NCBI RefSeq assembly: GCF_964355755.1
Contig: NC_092680.1
Coordinates: 14,207,045-14,271,044 of the forward strand
Source of the DNA: Antedon mediterranea
Lineage: Eukaryota > Animalia > Echinodermata
Reading direction: 5' to 3'
Length of the DNA: 64,000 bases
The number at the start of each line of letters is the position of its first letter. The first letter of the stretch is position 1. The notes beneath the pieces are model-generated. The model made no database searches and was not told the DNA's origin. It worked only from the letters and a program-made list of their open reading frames with translations. Both the position numbers and the translations under genes were made by a program. This document shows, in pieces, positions 61,178 through 64,000 of the stretch.

Positions 61178-61802
61178 CTGTAAAATAAAAAATAAAAACA
61201 ATTTAATTATTAATAATAAATATTTATCGACTAAAGTAAAAATAATTTAGATCATAACATAATTTAATTGGGACCAAAATGAAACGCTACCGATTTCTAA
61301 CACGACTGACATCATCATAAAATTTGGAGTAATGCGGAGTGATTTACAAGGGTTCCCCCTGGTGAGCTAGTGTATCGTTTAGTGCGCGCGACAGTGTAAT
61401 AATTACATTGGAGCTTCCTCTCCGATGATGGGAGCCAATTGATGTACTGTGTGAGACTATACTACACAGCAGGGCTTCCCCTCTTTATAGGGTGTGTCGA
61501 AAGGGAAGACCACGAAAGCGAAGATCGAAGACCGAAGACCTCGAAAGCGAAGACCTTACGAAATGGTAGTGTGCACAAAATTCGACCAAAATCATACAAA
61601 ATCGTGATAACACCTTGAATTTACAGATTCTAAAAAAATATTTCGATTTTAATTGTTATGTTATCAAAAAACATGACTTTATCTATGAAAACAAGCTCAC
61701 GCGTTTTCACCAATGGAGTTAATATGTGATATGGTTTTACGAACAAACACATCGCGCTATTTGCAAGGCGACGGACGCACAAGAAGGACCTTGCCTTGCA
61801 CA

Positions 61803-62730
61803 GAGCCAGGGGAGCACAGGAGTTATATAAAATAGAAATAAAGCCACTGAATTTTAATATCTTTTCGTATGTTAACACACTGTGCTCAAGTGGACCCAAT
61901 TTGGAGCCAGGGGAGCACAGTGATATAAAATGGAAATAAGTCACTGAATGTTAATATATTTTTGTATGTTAATACACTGTGCTCAAGTGTACCTAATTTG
62001 GCGCCAGTGGAGCACAGTGATATAAAATGGAAAAAAGTCACTGAATTTTAATATCTTTTCGTATGTTAATACATTGTGCTCAAGTGGACCCAATTTGGAG
62101 GCAGGGGAGCACAGTGATATAAAATGGAAATAAGTCACTGAATGTTAATATCTTTTCGTATGTTAATACACTGTGCTCAAGTGGACCCAATTTGGAGCCA
62201 GTGGAGCACAGTGATATAAAATGGAAATAAAGTCACTGAATTTTAATATCTTTTTGTATGTTAATACACTGTGCTCAAGTGGACCCAATTTGGAGCCAGG
62301 GGAGCACAGTGATATAAAATAGAAATAAGTCACTGAATTTTAATACACTGTGCTCAAGTGGACCTAATTTGGCGCCAGTGGAGCACAGTGATATAAAATG
62401 GAAAATAAGTCACTGAATTTTAATATCTTTTCGTATGTTAATACACTGTGCTCACGTGGACCCAATTTGGCACGCGCGCCAGTGAGAACAGTGATATAAA
62501 ATAGAAAAAAGTCACTAAATTATAATATCTTTTCGTATGTTAATACACTGTGCTCAAGTGGACCCAATTTGGCACCAATGGGAGCACAGGGAAATAGTCA
62601 CATACAAAAACATCGAGAAAAAATACTTCTGGATTTCAAAAATATTTCAAACTTGGTATATATGTTCAATATCGGTTACTCCATCCGTAAAGCAAAAGAA
62701 AAATTAGTTTCAAACCATATCAGTGATATT
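61803..62730 (+). repeat. About 100-bp tandem repeat, same family as 27936-28862
   Basis: About 8 units. 62420-62730 is the reverse complement of about 28093-28400, including the unique flank. A GAAGACC-repeat element end lies at about 61491-61557. Confidence 0.9.
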
Positions 62731-62756
62731 AGTAATTTTCGTTAGTTTAAAATGTA

Positions 62757-64000
62757 TATTTATTTATTTATTTATTCCACATTTATTTAGTCATCAATTA
62801 CAGTACATCATAATTACAGTAGCCTACAACTGAAAACAGGGATCCTGCATAAAAAAGCTGTAGCTTCATTTTTTTGTAGGACCCTTTTACATAAGAACAA
62901 GTATAGGCCTATAGAACTTAAATAAACAAAGGTGTTGTTAATCAGCATATAGTGATAAAAAGTATTTTTTGACCTGTTTTTTTATACATTTATTTTGTTT
63001 CTTTAAGATAACCGGTTTATTACCACCATTACAAGTGAATTCTTTCCAGAATTTTGGTCCATAGGCCTATATGTGTTTAAACTGTTGACTGCAAGTTAGT
63101 CTTGTGAAGGGAATTTCGAATTCAGTTTCTGTTCTGAGGTTATGAGTAGGCCTAATACTGTCACAGTAATTAAAAATACAGTCGACTCCGCCTAAGTCGA
63201 ATTCGCGCAAGTCAAAAAATCGCGAAAGTCGAATTTTTTGGAAAGTCCCAATTCTTTCCTATACATTACTGTGTAATTTTTATTTGTAAGTCGGATTTTT
63301 CTAAGTCGAGATTCGTCCAAGTCGACGTCTTTTTGCGGTCCGAATACACACATTCTTTAGTGATTTATATCGTATAAGTCGAAGTCACAAATTACGCGGC
63401 AACAACGTGCTAAAAAAGCCGATGAAACGTACGTAATTCGATAAACAAACAACAGAGGGGATAATGTGGGACCATATCGGTTCTCTCAAGCAGGTTGTAT
63501 AGTATAGGCGGCGTCCTACAACTCGCGCTAGTGTATAGTGTATGAGTTGCTTAAGCGTTGAGAACTTGAGCGGCGTTTTGTGGGTACCTATTTTGTGCTA
63601 GACAGATGGCAATAAACCGGGCAATAAACAATGGATACCGATTTCGAATAAGAACCGAAATGTATTTATTATACGTTTTTGTATTGTTTTGGGCTTAAAC
63701 CATAAAAGAAAATACAGTTTATCATTGCCGATAAAGAGGCTTAGCATTTATTAGGCCTAGCTAGCTAGCTAAGCAAACTCAATTCAAGAAGGCTCATTAC
63801 AGCTCTCCTTTGGAGTTTTAGTATTACTTCTAACGTGCTCTTGTATGTATTTCCCCATATTAAGTTACCATACTGAAGGTGAGGTAATACTAAGGTGTTA
63901 TAAAGACTAATACGGACCTTATGAGGAAAGAATTCTCTTACTTTTAAAAGTATACCAATTGCCCTAGACATTTTTTTCCTAATAAGCTGTATGTGATGTT
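62757..64000 (-). mobile_element. LINE (CR1/L2 group) 3' fragment interrupted by a DNA transposon piece
   Basis: LYNTLVLPHLQYGNLIWG...LQRRAV at 63765-63971. TRTETEFEIPFTRL...GPKFW at about 63040-63140. (TAAA)n tail at about 62757-62776. Confidence 0.75.
63179..63760 (+). mobile_element. pogo/Tc1-mariner-like element, left end only
   Basis: TA|CAGTCGACTCCGCCTAAGTCGAA with repeated AAGTCGA motifs. No matching right TIR found, so the right boundary is approximate. Confidence 0.55.

Overview
AT-rich animal (invertebrate-type) nuclear DNA with spliceosomal introns; the species cannot be assigned from sequence alone. The right half holds three conserved multi-exon genes that I reconstructed by hand with in-phase splice sites. 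AK6 (minus strand, 4 exons, 181 aa) lies head-to-head with C1orf43/NICE-3 (plus strand, 7 exons, 303 aa). POLR2M/GRINL1A/Gdown1 (minus strand, 4 coding exons, 233 aa) has a last intron with a canonical U12 minor-spliceosome donor and branch site. The left ~33 kb is a stack of nested mobile DNA: Helentron-associated non-autonomous elements inserted into each other's microsatellites, an IS3EU-like foldback element carrying a deleted Gypsy-type LTR element and a Kolobok-like MITE, an Academ-like XPG remnant split by a Ginger-like MITE, and a ~187-bp satellite inside a TIR-bounded block, interrupted by a CACTA/EnSpm-like element with a spliced BEN-domain-like remnant. It also holds LINE fragments and an orphan array of tandemly duplicated symmetric phase-2 exons. 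TA-CTG-TA, TA-CGG-TA and TA-GGCC-TA micro-insertions occur throughout and look like transposon excision footprints when compared with empty paralogous sites. All family calls come from recognising motifs, termini and TSDs by eye; no database search was run.
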